A DNA stretch of 64,000 nt from an uncultured bacterium (GCA_963777505.1 CAVZQN010000008.1:320001-384000); one strand, 5' to 3'. Shown: positions 52,725 through 63,546, counted from the stretch's first letter. Notes: generated by a model from the sequence alone, not told the origin. Translations and numbers: made by a program.

Positions 52725-54694
52725 TTTTTCGTTAATGATACAGCCTTTTCAAGATGTTTCCTTGCTTCGGCAAATTTTGTGGTCAACAAATCAATTTCTT
52801 TTGCAATTTTATCCGGGTCCTCTTCTTTTACTGCGGCTACCACATTGGGCAAAGATTCTCCAACACAGCCAAGCTTCTTTGATGCTTCCATTAACACGCT
52901 TCTACCCTGGTTTTGATCGTAAAACGCTTCCATCGTGTTTAACAAGAGCTGGTTTACTTCAAGCCGCCGATCGTTCGCCAAAGATTTGTTGTTCATTTTT
53001 GGAAGAGCTTGCGCAACCGAATGGAAACGATCCATTTCAGCATTCAAGGAATTCCATTGAGTACTATTCTTCGGCGACAGCGGCTTCAACTCGTTGATTG
53101 CTTTTAACGCGTAACCGCGAAACTCGGTGAAATCATAAGGTATGATTGGCTCGGAGGTAAGCCGCATCAAATATCTACCCAGAATGCGTGCAAGCGTAGC
53201 GCGATAACCCGCGCGTGGGTCGCCGAACTTTTCCATCCATAGTTCGTTGTCATAAATCGAATGATAGACGCTATATGTCCTTCCAAAACCGGCATCAACC
53301 ACAGGAAGTCCGGCTAGTCGAACGAACGCAGCAGTATCCCCGCTGAATCCAGGATTTTGAAATTCGGGACGAATCTCAGAAAAAAGTCTGCCTGAATCAG
53401 GATCCGCCAGGCCTTCGAGTGCTTGATCAAACGATGTGTGAAGTCCTGGACTCAAATATGCTGCAAGATCCCGCGCGCGAAAGGCTGAGTCCACATTGAT
53501 GTATGCGATTGCTTGTTTTAAAGTGGAAAGATTTTTTTGTACCCATTCAGTTGAACCAAACATTCCATACTCTTCACCATCCCAAAAAGCAAAGACAACT
53601 TTGCGTTGAGGTCTCCAGCCATCTTTAACAAGTCCAGCAAGTACCTGTGCTGATTCAAGCAGCACCGAAGTTCCGGAAGAAGGATCCGATGCGCCATACA
53701 CCCACGCATCATAATGATTTCCGGCAACAACGAATGTGCTGTCTGAACCTTCCAGTGTCGCAAAAATGTTGCGGATAGTCCGTCTCTCATTCACTCCCTT
53801 GTAAAACAACTTTACTGTCGCAGGTCCTGGTCCAAGACGGTATCCCTGCGGAAGCCACCCAATCCAGTCCTCCGGCGCTTCCTTACCTTGAATATTACTG
53901 AATAGAACAGATGCGGTTTGCTGCGAGATCGGAAGCGCAGGAATCTGTGGGAGAGTTGAAAATGCTTGCGCTGCAGAATCTGATGGATCTCCAGGATACA
54001 AAAAATACTTCAATAGAGTGCCGCGTTGTGCAACCCATGGATTTAGATGTGGTCCATATGGAAATTCCGTTTTCAAAAAACCTTGATCTTTCAATTCAGG
54101 ATAAATAAGCAGACCTGCAATTCCTTCGTTTTCAGCAGCAAGAATCTTCATGCTTCGGCAAATTCCTCGAGCGCGCACAAGTGCAATCGTTCCTGCAACC
54201 TGAATCCCCTGACTTTTCAGAAATGCGTAATCTTCTTTACTCCCGGAGTTTGCATAAACTAATTTCGCCTCAATATCTGCATCAGGTGAAAACGCTAAAA
54301 ATGGAAGCTCACGCAATGAAACCTCACTCCATGGATCATCAGCAAGCTTTTTTTCATGAAGATCAAATTTGATTTGATGCGGCTGAACCAAAAGCAGATG
54401 TGCTTCAGCAGGTTCAGGAAAATCAAAAGTATACTCCTCTGTTGAAGTCTTTAGGCCTGCTTGCGAAAGACGATTCAGGATTTCATCACCGACATTTCGA
54501 TTTGCAGTTGTTCCAGCGCGATGCGGCTTTGATGAAAGCCTTTTCCCTTGCTCTTGAATTCTTTTTTGCAAAACTTCTTGATCAATTTTGGCGTACCATT
54601 TGGCTGAAATATTTTCCGGATTTCGGAAACGCAGAAACAAAAGGATTGAGATTGCGGCAAGCAGAAGAAAAATCAGAAGCGCTTTGCGATTCAA
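52721..54694 (-). CDS. M28 peptidase (glutamate carboxypeptidase II-like, PA domain), membrane anchored
   Basis: PHRAGT, GNHYDAW..GASDPSSG, WDGEEYG, YINVD and YHSIYD motifs. Probable TTG start at 54694; the ORF is open to 54775. Confidence 0.88.
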
Positions 54695-54701
54695 GCGCTT
54701 A

Positions 54702-55790
54702 TTATACCTTCCGGAATGCTCCGGAAACCCCGCGTAAAGAGTATGGCTCAAAGAATATGGAGCGCGCAGCATCATCGATTACACGTCCCAGAACGTGAGA
54801 ACGATAGCCGGCTGCAGAAACAATGCGCGAGATTGTAGACGCATGCCGTGAATCATCTGGAACTGCAAGGATAAATCCAATTCCCATATTGAAAACACGA
54901 AACATTTCTTCCATGGAAACGTTTCCTAAACGTTGAAGCATTTGAAAAATCGGCGGCGGTTCTGGGAAAAAATCAATTCGATAGCCAACAGGCTTAATCG
55001 TACGCGTCAAATTAAACAATCCATCTCCAGTAATATGAAATAGTCCTCGCACAGGAACCTGTTTCATAATTTCTAGAATTTCTTTGACATAAATACGGGT
55101 TGGTTCTAAAAGCGCTTCACCGATGGTCTTTCCCAGTTCAGTCCGATATGAATCTACAGAAAGGCCGGCAATATCGAACAAGATTTTTCGAGCTAATGTA
55201 TAGCCATTGCTATGCAAACCTGTGCTTTCAAGACCGATCAGCAAATCACCAGGCATTAGTTCATTCCCAACAATCAACTTATCAGGAGGAACAATGCCGA
55301 TTGCTGTGCCAACGATATCGAAAGTTGTTACGCCTACTTTTTTCGCAAGCAGATCTGCAACTTGCGCAAGCTCACCCCCAGACAAACTGATTCCGGCTTG
55401 CACACATCCTTCATAAAGTCCTTTTGCAACTTCCTCCAGGATAGTTGGATTGGCTTCATTCGTCGCAATATAGTCGACCATCGATACCGGAGTCGCACCA
55501 ACACAAATAATGTCATTGACGTTCATTGCGATGCAGTCGATGCCAACGGTATCGTACTTTTTCATGCTCTCTGCAACCAACAATTTCGTTCCAACACCAT
55601 CTGTGGAAAAAGCGATTCCGATAGGAAAACCGGCGGGAGTTAAATCAATTACGTTTGCATAAAAGCCGATCGGAAGAATAGGCTTGCATACATTGAGCCC
55701 AAACGTACGATTTACATACTCAAGAACTGATTTAAGACTTCCTTCTTTTTTGCCGGCATCGACGCCTGCAGATCGATAATCCATAGTCAC
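54702..55790 (-). CDS. purM: Phosphoribosylformylglycinamidine cyclo-ligase
   Basis: Y..AGVD, TDGVGTK, AMNVND, SGGELA, GLHSNGY, HITGDG and FNMGIG motifs. Confidence 0.93.
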   Translation of the reverse strand: MTMDYRSAGVDAGKKEGSLKSVLEYVNRTFGLNVCKPILPIGFYANVIDLTPAGFPIGIAFSTDGVGTKLLVAESMKKYDTVGIDCIAMNVNDIICVGATPVSMVDYIATNEANPTILEEVAKGLYEGCVQAGISLSGGELAQVADLLAKKVGVTTFDIVGTAIGIVPPDKLIVGNELMPGDLLIGLESTGLHSNGYTLARKILFDIAGLSVDSYRTELGKTIGEALLEPTRIYVKEILEIMKQVPVRGLFHITGDGLFNLTRTIKPVGYRIDFFPEPPPIFQMLQRLGNVSMEEMFRVFNMGIGFILAVPDDSRHASTISRIVSAAGYRSHVLGRVIDDAARSIFFEPYSLRGVSGAFRKV

Positions 55791-56665
55791 TCAAATTTCA
55801 TCACATAGCCCGAAATCTTCAAGCTGGCAAATGCTTTGTTAAATTTTACCGCAAATAAATAAACAAGAGACCGGATCAAGAATGCTAATGCAAATGCAGT
55901 TTTAACAAAAATCATCTTGTACTTTTTTTTCCGAAAATATAGAAGAGCACTTTCAACAAAATATCTTTGAGATTTGAATGGATCCTGACGTGAACTTCCT
56001 CCGGCATCATGAATGAATTCAGCAACAGGATAGTAATAAATCTTCCAACCGGAATGTACGATTCTTTCGCACAAGTCTACATCTTCCATATATAAGAAAT
56101 AAGATTCATCAAAATTTCCAACCTGGCTCAGCACTTTTTTTCGAAGCATCAACGCGGCACCCATCGGCTGTTCCACCGTTCGTGTATCGCTGTGTTGGCG
56201 AGAAGAGAGCCTGTACCCTGTCGGAATAACACGATCTAAAAATGAAAGATATAAGAAAAGTGAAGCCGGGGTTGGAAACTTTCTACAAGATGGCTGCAGG
56301 TTTCCATCAGGAAAAAGCAGTTTTGGCGCTACCGCTCCTGCATCTTTCGTATTTTGAAGAAACTCTTCAAGGGCTCGGACCGAACCAGGCAAGGCACACA
56401 AATCCGCGTTTAAAATCAATACATTTGGAGAGGCTGCTAACTCAATTCCTTGATTTGCTGCCGAGCCAAACCCGATGTTTTCCGTGTTGGCGATAAGGGC
56501 GATATTGGGACGCTTCTTCAGGATTTCCAATGATTCATCAGTCGAATTGTTATCGACAACAATGATCTGAGCAGGCTTTTCCGCTTCGAGCGAGCGGAGA
56601 AGCTCATCGAGGTAAGCTTCACCGTTCCAATTCACGATAACGATCGTGGTTGATGACGCTGCCAT
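55787..56665 (-). CDS. Glycosyltransferase family 2 (WbbL/rhamnosyltransferase-like)
   Basis: IVIVNWN, VDNNSTD, NIGFGSAAN, ILNAD and FLYMEDVDLC motifs. Confidence 0.88.
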   Translation of the reverse strand: MAASSTTIVIVNWNGEAYLDELLRSLEAEKPAQIIVVDNNSTDESLEILKKRPNIALIANTENIGFGSAANQGIELAASPNVLILNADLCALPGSVRALEEFLQNTKDAGAVAPKLLFPDGNLQPSCRKFPTPASLFLYLSFLDRVIPTGYRLSSRQHSDTRTVEQPMGAALMLRKKVLSQVGNFDESYFLYMEDVDLCERIVHSGWKIYYYPVAEFIHDAGGSSRQDPFKSQRYFVESALLYFRKKKYKMIFVKTAFALAFLIRSLVYLFAVKFNKAFASLKISGYVMKFE

Positions 56666-56730
56666 AATCTAGCCGTATTCTCTCATGGCAGTTCGAAATC
56701 GGCGAATTGTTTAACTACAACAGCTTTCGA

Positions 56731-56739
56731 TGATATAAT
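56731..56739 (+). promoter_or_regulatory. Extended -10 promoter for the ABC/PilR-like operon
   Basis: TGATATAAT 18 nt before ATG 56758. Confidence 0.55.
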
Positions 56740-56742
56740 CCC

Positions 56743-57669
56743 TTGTCCATCAACAACATGGAATCTGTTCTTAAGATCGACCGTATCAGCAAAGTCTTCA
56801 AAACCGGATTTATTCCCAAAAAAGTAACCGCTCTTGATCAAGTCTCCCTGGAAGTCAGCCGGGGCGAAATTTTCGGTCTACTTGGCCCCAACGGCGCCGG
56901 CAAAACTACAACAATAAAATGCATTTTGGGACTGATTTATGTTGATTCCGGACGAATTGAATTAATGGGAGATCCAATCCCTTCAATTCGAGCTCAATCC
57001 CGAATCGGTTTTCTTGCAGAAAATCCATACGTCTATGACTTTCTCACCGGCCGCGAATACCTGATTTTTGCCGCCAGTCTTCATGGATACAGTTCCGACG
57101 AATCCAAAAAAAAGGCAGATGAACTTCTCGCTCAATTTCATATTGAAGAGGCTGCTGATCGGCAGTTAAAAAAATACTCAAAAGGGATGCTTCAACGTGT
57201 AGGGCTCGCACAGGCACTGATCAACGACCCGGAGTTTCTAATTCTGGATGAGCCAATGTCTGGTCTGGATCCTCTCGGACGAAAGGAAGTACGCGATCTA
57301 ATGATTTCGCTCAAGAACAAAGGTAAGACGATTTTGTTTAGTTCACATATTCTGTCAGATGCCGAACTCCTCTGTGATCATGTTGCGATTCTTGTAAATG
57401 GAAAATTACAAACGATTGGAAAACTTCAATCATTGATTAAGAAAGTTGAAGGATATGAAGTGACTCTGAACAACATTTCTGATGGCAATCTTAATGGCAT
57501 CGCGCATGATCTCATTACGACATCACAAACAGGATCATTACTTCGAGTCCATTCGATTGAAGCACTTCAAACATTGATTGCCAGATCGCGCGAAGGTAAA
57601 TTCGAAATCGAATCCATTATTCCTCAGCGGCAAACGCTCGAAGATCTTTATTTAAAACGAATGAAATGA
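56743..57669 (+). CDS. ABC transporter ATP-binding protein (PilH-like); probable start at ATG 56758
   Basis: [28 protein letters not shown] and [13 protein letters not shown] motifs. Confidence 0.9.
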   Translation: MSINNMESVLKIDRISKVFKTGFIPKKVTALDQVSLEVSRGEIFGLLGPNGAGKTTTIKCILGLIYVDSGRIELMGDPIPSIRAQSRIGFLAENPYVYDFLTGREYLIFAASLHGYSSDESKKKADELLAQFHIEEAADRQLKKYSKGMLQRVGLAQALINDPEFLILDEPMSGLDPLGRKEVRDLMISLKNKGKTILFSSHILSDAELLCDHVAILVNGKLQTIGKLQSLIKKVEGYEVTLNNISDGNLNGIAHDLITTSQTGSLLRVHSIEALQTLIARSREGKFEIESIIPQRQTLEDLYLKRMK

Positions 57670-58430
57670 AAGCAATTTTAGCGATCACCAAACTCACGAT
57701 TCAGGAAGCTCTAAGAAACAAAATCCTTTACCTTTTGCTTGGATTTGCGGTCTTTTTGATCGGCTCTTCGTGGATTATCGGAAAACTAACAGTCGGCGAC
57801 GAACTTAAGATTATCAAAGACCTGTGTATCTCCGGAATCCATATGTTTGGCGTTTTAATTACGACTTTTATCGGAATTAGTCTCATTTTCCGCGAAATGG
57901 AGAAACGCACAATTTATCTGATCCTCAGCAAACCGATTCCCCGGTATCATTTTCTAATAGGAAAATTCCTTGGCCTCGCACTCACGCTTCTTGGAATCCT
58001 CGCCGTTCTTGTCATTGTGTTTTATGCGATTCTTTTTTTGAAAGGAGAATTTAACGGACGATTATTGCTCGCATTTTACACAATCTATCTTGAATGGCTC
58101 ATCATCGCAGGAATCGCAATTTTGTTTTCATCCTTCTCGACTCCTCTATTGAGCACAATGCTAACGCTTTGCGCGTTCTTGATGGGACATTTAACAGAAA
58201 GCTTGTTGATGTTGAAAGGACGGCTCACTTCAGGCGTAGCAGGATCGGTCCTGACTGCACTTTTTTATGCACTTCCAAATCTTGAACTATTCAATATCCG
58301 TTCACAGGTAGTACACAGTCTTTCTCTGCCTGTATCTTATTTCCTGACTACAACAGCGTACTGGTTTCTTTATCTAGCTACTCTTTTGTTGTTCGCATCC
58401 TGGCTATTTCAGAAAAGAGATTTCATATGA
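57666..58430 (+). CDS. ABC-2 type permease (PilI-like)
   Basis: EALRNKILY, REMEKRTIYLILSKPI.R..F..GKFLG and FQKRDF motifs. Confidence 0.85.
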   Translation: MKAILAITKLTIQEALRNKILYLLLGFAVFLIGSSWIIGKLTVGDELKIIKDLCISGIHMFGVLITTFIGISLIFREMEKRTIYLILSKPIPRYHFLIGKFLGLALTLLGILAVLVIVFYAILFLKGEFNGRLLLAFYTIYLEWLIIAGIAILFSSFSTPLLSTMLTLCAFLMGHLTESLLMLKGRLTSGVAGSVLTALFYALPNLELFNIRSQVVHSLSLPVSYFLTTTAYWFLYLATLLLFASWLFQKRDFI

Positions 58431-59272
58431 AACGCTGGGGATTAGCGATTCTACTGACATACATTCTTGCCGTTGCGCTTCACTACCATATTTACGTAAC
58501 CCATCGGGTTAACAGCACACTTTTCACGCAGATGCTTTATCTGCCCTCTGGAAAATATCTCAAGCCTGCGTCACTTGGCTATTACGCGCCATTGTCAGAT
58601 TTTATTTATCTATGGTCCATTCAATACTATGGCGACCCAGCTTTTAGCCCACGAATGGAATATTTGAAACATACATATGACATCATTGTTGAATTGGATC
58701 CACATTATCTCGATGCGTATCAAGTTGGCGCTCTTTTTATGTTCTTTGACGGAAGAAATCCTGAGGCAGGTTTGGAATTATTGGATCGCGGACTCAAAAA
58801 CAATCCTAACGAGTGGATCATTGCAGCTGACGCAGGCTTTTATTGCATGATGAACCTTAAGGATTACAAACGTGCTGGATCGTATTTCAAAAAAGCAGCC
58901 GATATTCCTTCTGCTCCGGCCCAGGCAAAAAGGCTTTTAGCAGGAATGCATTTTAGGCAGGGCGATAAAGTTCATGCGTATCAACTCTGGAAAGAAATTT
59001 ATGACACAGCTACGAAGGCTGCGATTAAACAAACTGCGTATCAACATATGCATGATCTAAAAGCGCTCGTAGATATCGAAAACCTGAAAAAAGCGATTGA
59101 CAAGTATTACGAAACAAAAGGCAACTATCCATTGAATCTTCAGCAGCTCGTTGCTGTGCAATACCTACCAGAAATCCCTATTGACCCTGATGGCAACCCA
59201 TACATTTATGATCCGTGGACCGGCACAGTAGAATATTCTCAGGAGCTGAATATCTACAAGCGGTATCAATGA
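58427..59272 (+). CDS. Membrane-anchored TPR protein (PilG/XapA-like) with pilin-head-like C-terminus
   Basis: N-terminal TM, SLGY...SDFIYLWSIQYYG and TPR helices; C-terminal LKKAIDKYYETKGNYP.NLQQLV...YL.EIPIDPDGNPYIY. Confidence 0.6.
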   Translation: MKRWGLAILLTYILAVALHYHIYVTHRVNSTLFTQMLYLPSGKYLKPASLGYYAPLSDFIYLWSIQYYGDPAFSPRMEYLKHTYDIIVELDPHYLDAYQVGALFMFFDGRNPEAGLELLDRGLKNNPNEWIIAADAGFYCMMNLKDYKRAGSYFKKAADIPSAPAQAKRLLAGMHFRQGDKVHAYQLWKEIYDTATKAAIKQTAYQHMHDLKALVDIENLKKAIDKYYETKGNYPLNLQQLVAVQYLPEIPIDPDGNPYIYDPWTGTVEYSQELNIYKRYQ

Positions 59273-60642
59273 GCGGAAAGGTCCTTTTAATCGAAGACAA
59301 AGACAGTCTTCGTGAAATGTTAAAGCGTGCCTTGGAAGAAGTTGGTTTTAATGTTGATGAGGCGCGTGATGGAATCGAAGCATTTAAGAAAATTAAAAGC
59401 AGCCGGTTCTTATTAATCCTTTCGGATTTGCGCATTCCGCATGTTGATGGACTTGAAATTTTGCGAGTGGCTAAAGAGGCAGATTCCGAAAATCACGTAA
59501 TTTTTATGACCGCTTATGGCTCGATTGAAATTGCTGTTGAAGCAATGAAAAACGGCGCTTATGATTTTCTTCCAAAACCAATCGACATTAATCACTTGCG
59601 TTTGCTTGTCCAGCGGATTCAATCTTCTCAGCAGCTGAGAAATGAAAACATGATCCTGCGTGAGGAATTTTCGCGAAGGCTGGGCTTTCCGCGTATTCTT
59701 GGTGAGGATCGATCCTTGCAAGAAATTACGCTAGCCGTGCAAAAGGCTGCGCCAACGGATGCAACTGTTTTGATTACAGGCGAAAGCGGAACTGGAAAAG
59801 AATTGTTTGCGCGCGCGATCCATCATTTAAGCCCGCGGAAAAATGCGCCATTCGTTGCTGTAAATTGCGCAGCCATTCCCGAACCACTTCTTGAAAATGA
59901 ACTATTCGGTCATGAAAAAGGAGCCTTTACCGGTGCAGTTAACCGGAAGTTGGGAAAATTTGAGCTTGCGCAAGGTGGTACGGTCTTTCTGGACGAAATT
60001 GGAGAAATGACCATTCCGCTTCAAGCGAAACTTTTAAGGGTGCTTCAAGAGAAAGAATTTGACCGGATCGGCGGTACAAGCCCCGTTCAAGTTGATATTC
60101 GAGTGCTGGCAGCAACCAACAAAGATCTTGAAAAACACGTGAAAGAAAAACAATTTCGGGATGATCTTTATTTTCGTCTTTCAGTTTTTCCAATTCACAT
60201 TCCTCCGCTTCGACAACGAAAAACGGATATTCCTTTGTTAGCCGAGCATTTTGTTGAAGAATTCAGTAGAGAAATGAAACGCGGGAAAATGAAGCTCACA
60301 TCCGGTGCTTTGAGAAAACTTGCCGAATATTCCTGGCCAGGAAATGTACGCGAACTACAAAATTGTTTGGAACGCGCCGTCATCGTTGCGGACGGAAATA
60401 CGATTAACGAAAAAGATGTACTGACAAATTCAGGTGCTCTTTCTGGAAGTATTGCAGACTACCTGAACTTTGACGGCTCACTGTCGGAAATTCGAAGGCG
60501 CGCAGCCGATGAGGCTGAAAAACATGCGATTCTGAAAGTCTGGCAGAATTCATCCCAAAACCTCGATAAAGCAGCGGCTGAATTAGGTATATCCGTCAAA
60601 ACACTGTCAGCTAGATTGAAAGACTTGAAAGTCATCGATTAA
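59269..60642 (+). CDS. sigma54-dependent response regulator (NtrC/PilR-like)
   Basis: Receiver domain (IEDK, LSDL, KP), [29 protein letters not shown] and a C-terminal HTH; ATGA overlap with the upstream gene. Confidence 0.93.
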   Translation: MSGKVLLIEDKDSLREMLKRALEEVGFNVDEARDGIEAFKKIKSSRFLLILSDLRIPHVDGLEILRVAKEADSENHVIFMTAYGSIEIAVEAMKNGAYDFLPKPIDINHLRLLVQRIQSSQQLRNENMILREEFSRRLGFPRILGEDRSLQEITLAVQKAAPTDATVLITGESGTGKELFARAIHHLSPRKNAPFVAVNCAAIPEPLLENELFGHEKGAFTGAVNRKLGKFELAQGGTVFLDEIGEMTIPLQAKLLRVLQEKEFDRIGGTSPVQVDIRVLAATNKDLEKHVKEKQFRDDLYFRLSVFPIHIPPLRQRKTDIPLLAEHFVEEFSREMKRGKMKLTSGALRKLAEYSWPGNVRELQNCLERAVIVADGNTINEKDVLTNSGALSGSIADYLNFDGSLSEIRRRAADEAEKHAILKVWQNSSQNLDKAAAELGISVKTLSARLKDLKVID

Positions 60643-60667
60643 GGGCGGCCACAAGGGCCGCCCCTAC
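60643..60667 (-). repeat. GTAG-type REP-like palindrome
   Basis: Minus strand GTAG-GGGCGGCC-CTTGT-GGCCGCCC: perfect 8-bp stem with a GTAG foot, intergenic. Confidence 0.6.
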
Positions 60668-60675
60668 CAATTCCA

Positions 60676-62049
60676 ATGCCTGAAAAAGTGAACTGGACAT
60701 ATCTTGCAGTACGAGGTTTCGCCCGTTTCTGGGTCCGTCGCTTTTTCAGGAAAATTCAAGTAGCAGGCACAGAAAATATTCCGCATGGCGCTGTTGTCTT
60801 CGCAATCAATCATCCAAATAATCTAGTCGATTCGATTGTTGTGGGATATGCAATCGAACGGAAAATACACTACCTTGCAACCGCTCAGCTTTTTCGCAAT
60901 AAGATTCTTTCAATGTTCCTTCACAATGTCGGAGTCATACCCGTTTACAGAAAACAAGACGACGCTTCGCATGGTGAAAAAAACCTTTCCACCTTTCATG
61001 CATGTTATGAAATTTTGAAGAATGGAGGTGCAATCGGAATTTATCCGGAAGGGACTACACATTCAGAACGGCGGGTCCGCAAAATAAAAACTGGGGCAGC
61101 TCGTATTGCACTGGAAACTGAAACTCTTCATCACCCAGGCGTTGTACTTGTGCCCGTTGGCCTGAATTTTTCTGTACGAAAATCTTTTCGAAGCGAAGTG
61201 ATTGTGAATATTGGTGAACCGATTTTAGTAACACCATATCTGGAAAAATATTCCGCCCAGCCTGTTGAGACCGTTGAGCTCCTGACAGCAGAGCTTCAGC
61301 AATGTCTTGAAAATGAAGTGATACATATCGATCAGCCCGAAATGGATCGCCTTGTTATAGAAATTGAGGAGATTTATAAAGCCGAGCTCATCCGAGATCT
61401 GATTGAAATTCGTGGGGTCAATAAAGATGAAATTGACAGCTTTCGCATATCAAAACGTCTGGTCGCCGGGATTGAATTTTTCAACCAGAAAAATCCAGAT
61501 TTCATTCGGCAGATCCACGCCGACGTGCAACTCTACAGAAACAGATTGAAGAAAATTAAGATTCATGATGATTTCATTAAGAAAATGGCAGAAAATCCAA
61601 CTGTATATCGCACGTTTTTGCTGCGAATCACTCTAATGATCATCGGTTTCCCACTCGGAGCCTGGGGTGCAATCAATCATTTCCTACCATATCAATTAAG
61701 CCGCTGGATCAGCAGAAAATTCGCAAAGAAGGAGACAGATTACGCAACTGTGCGCATCCTTTCAGGAATTGTTTTGTATTCACTTTTTTATGCGGGTCAG
61801 ATTTATTTGGTAATTCGCGGGTATGGCTTAATACCAGCTACCGTTTACGGATTTACATTACCAATGTCGGGAGGTTTCGCCTATTATTACTGGGAAAAAT
61901 TCCGGACAATGCGCAATAACTTCAAATCATTCCTTGTATTAATAACCAGAAAACGATTGCTCAAGAATCTAATCCAACAACGTGAGCGGCTGATCAATAC
62001 AATGGACGAAGCAAAAGAGGAATATCTGCGTGCCAGCGTACAAGCTTGA
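60676..62049 (+). CDS. Phospholipid/glycerol acyltransferase (PlsC-like) with C-terminal TMs
   Basis: NHPNNLVD (HX4D), IPVYR, IYPEGT and KTGAAR motifs. Confidence 0.88.
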   Translation: MPEKVNWTYLAVRGFARFWVRRFFRKIQVAGTENIPHGAVVFAINHPNNLVDSIVVGYAIERKIHYLATAQLFRNKILSMFLHNVGVIPVYRKQDDASHGEKNLSTFHACYEILKNGGAIGIYPEGTTHSERRVRKIKTGAARIALETETLHHPGVVLVPVGLNFSVRKSFRSEVIVNIGEPILVTPYLEKYSAQPVETVELLTAELQQCLENEVIHIDQPEMDRLVIEIEEIYKAELIRDLIEIRGVNKDEIDSFRISKRLVAGIEFFNQKNPDFIRQIHADVQLYRNRLKKIKIHDDFIKKMAENPTVYRTFLLRITLMIIGFPLGAWGAINHFLPYQLSRWISRKFAKKETDYATVRILSGIVLYSLFYAGQIYLVIRGYGLIPATVYGFTLPMSGGFAYYYWEKFRTMRNNFKSFLVLITRKRLLKNLIQQRERLINTMDEAKEEYLRASVQA

Positions 62050-62935
62050 AGAGCTAAAATACACAGAACTGGAAGCCCTCGATCGTTCTCGAACTTTATT
62101 CATTATTTGTGTGAGTCCCCTGGAAGAGCATGGCCCTCATCTTCCAATTGGCGTTGATCTTTTCAATGCGCAATTCTTTGGAGAGGCTGTGAGTCAAAAA
62201 TTTTTAGAAAAATATCCTGACTGGAAGGTTATTCAGATGCCTTCCTTCCCGATCGGTTCATTTGCATTCGATGCCCCAGGCACACTGATGGTTCGTCCGA
62301 AAATAATCCGTGAACTATTAATCGACTCCATTTCTTCCTTCGCAAAATATGGTTTCAAATATTTTCTTGTTTCGAATGCTCATGGTGGACCGACGCATAT
62401 TGCTGCCCTTGAAGAAGCTGGACAAGCAATATCAAAACGTTACGGCGCGCGAGTGCTTTCCTTTACAGGACATATAGCCTGGGAGTTTTTAAGCGGAAAG
62501 TATTGGCCTCAAATTCGTGAACGTTTAAATCTTACGGATGAAGAAGCGGAGGCACTCAAAGATGATGCCCATGGTGGTCAATGGGAAACATCGATGATGT
62601 TAAAATTGCGTCCTGATTTGGTGGACGACGAATATCGGAATCTAAAACCTTTTAGCGTAAAAATGATTGAAAAACTGAGACCGAATTATCCATTAAAAAT
62701 GGACGGTGGAAAGGGATATGTTGGTCATCCCGAAAAAGCGAATAAAGAACTTGCCGAAGTATCAAGTGAATTTCTTGTTGAAAAGGTATTTGAAATGGTA
62801 GAACGTCATATCTTTTCAGAAAAAGCGCCGCCTGCATCAATGTTTTATCGCATTCCTTTATTTCGTGTTGGATTTCTGCGGATGCTTTTAGCGGCTGGAA
62901 TTCTTGTAATAATTTTGTTGTTGCTATTCAGGTAA
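62030..62935 (+). CDS. Creatininase-family amidohydrolase with C-terminal TM anchor
   Basis: LEEHGPHLPIGVD, NAHGG and HGGQWETS motifs; hydrophobic C-terminus. Confidence 0.85.
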   Translation: MPAYKLEELKYTELEALDRSRTLFIICVSPLEEHGPHLPIGVDLFNAQFFGEAVSQKFLEKYPDWKVIQMPSFPIGSFAFDAPGTLMVRPKIIRELLIDSISSFAKYGFKYFLVSNAHGGPTHIAALEEAGQAISKRYGARVLSFTGHIAWEFLSGKYWPQIRERLNLTDEEAEALKDDAHGGQWETSMMLKLRPDLVDDEYRNLKPFSVKMIEKLRPNYPLKMDGGKGYVGHPEKANKELAEVSSEFLVEKVFEMVERHIFSEKAPPASMFYRIPLFRVGFLRMLLAAGILVIILLLLFR

Positions 62936-62946
62936 ACGGAGGAACA

Positions 62947-63402
62947 ATGTTGAATCGGATTTCGATCGGTTTTTCCTGTGTGATTTTAATAATGGCCGCG
63001 GCCGTTTCCTTTTCGCAAAAACCAACAGAACGCAAGATCGTTAGTCTTCCGAACGGAAACCCAGAACTTCCATTTAGTGACGCGATTTTGGTCGGCGACA
63101 CCCTATACCTTGCCGGGAAAATTGGTATTGATAGTAAAACCGGCAAGCCGCCAGAAAAAGTAGAAGATGAAATTAAGCTTGTTATGGATCGAATGAAAGC
63201 GAATTTAGAAGCGGCTGGGATGACAATGGATGATCTTGTAAGCGTTCAGATATTTTGTCCGGATCTGACCCTTTACGATACTTTTAATAAAATTTACCGC
63301 ACATACTTTACAAAGGATTTTCCTGCGCGAGCTTTTATCGGTTCGGGACCCTTATTACGAGGCGGACGTTTTGAAGTTCAAGGCATTGCTGTAAAGCGAT
63401 AA
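62947..63402 (+). CDS. RidA/YjgF family protein with N-terminal signal peptide
   Basis: PFSDA, LYLAGKIG, FN.IY..YF and FPARAF motifs; signal-like N-terminus; GGAGG RBS. Confidence 0.88.
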   Translation: MLNRISIGFSCVILIMAAAVSFSQKPTERKIVSLPNGNPELPFSDAILVGDTLYLAGKIGIDSKTGKPPEKVEDEIKLVMDRMKANLEAAGMTMDDLVSVQIFCPDLTLYDTFNKIYRTYFTKDFPARAFIGSGPLLRGGRFEVQGIAVKR

Positions 63403-63435
63403 CTATCTAACTGTCACAAGGAATGTTTAGCGATT

Positions 63436-63534
63436 CTCCCCTTGGACAAGGGGGGAGTTAGAGGGGTGAAATGTTTTCTTGTAATGAGATTCTATTCAAC
63501 CCCCTCCTAACCTCCCCCTTATCTAAGGGGGAGG
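63436..63534. repeat. Inverted pair of CCCCTCCTAACCTCCCCCTT..AAGGGGGAG palindromic repeats
   Basis: 63436-63467 and 63499-63534 are imperfect reverse complements, each with an internal CTCCCC(C)TT/AAGGGGG(G)AG hairpin, between convergent genes. Confidence 0.7.
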
Positions 63535-63546
63535 AATACAAGGTCA

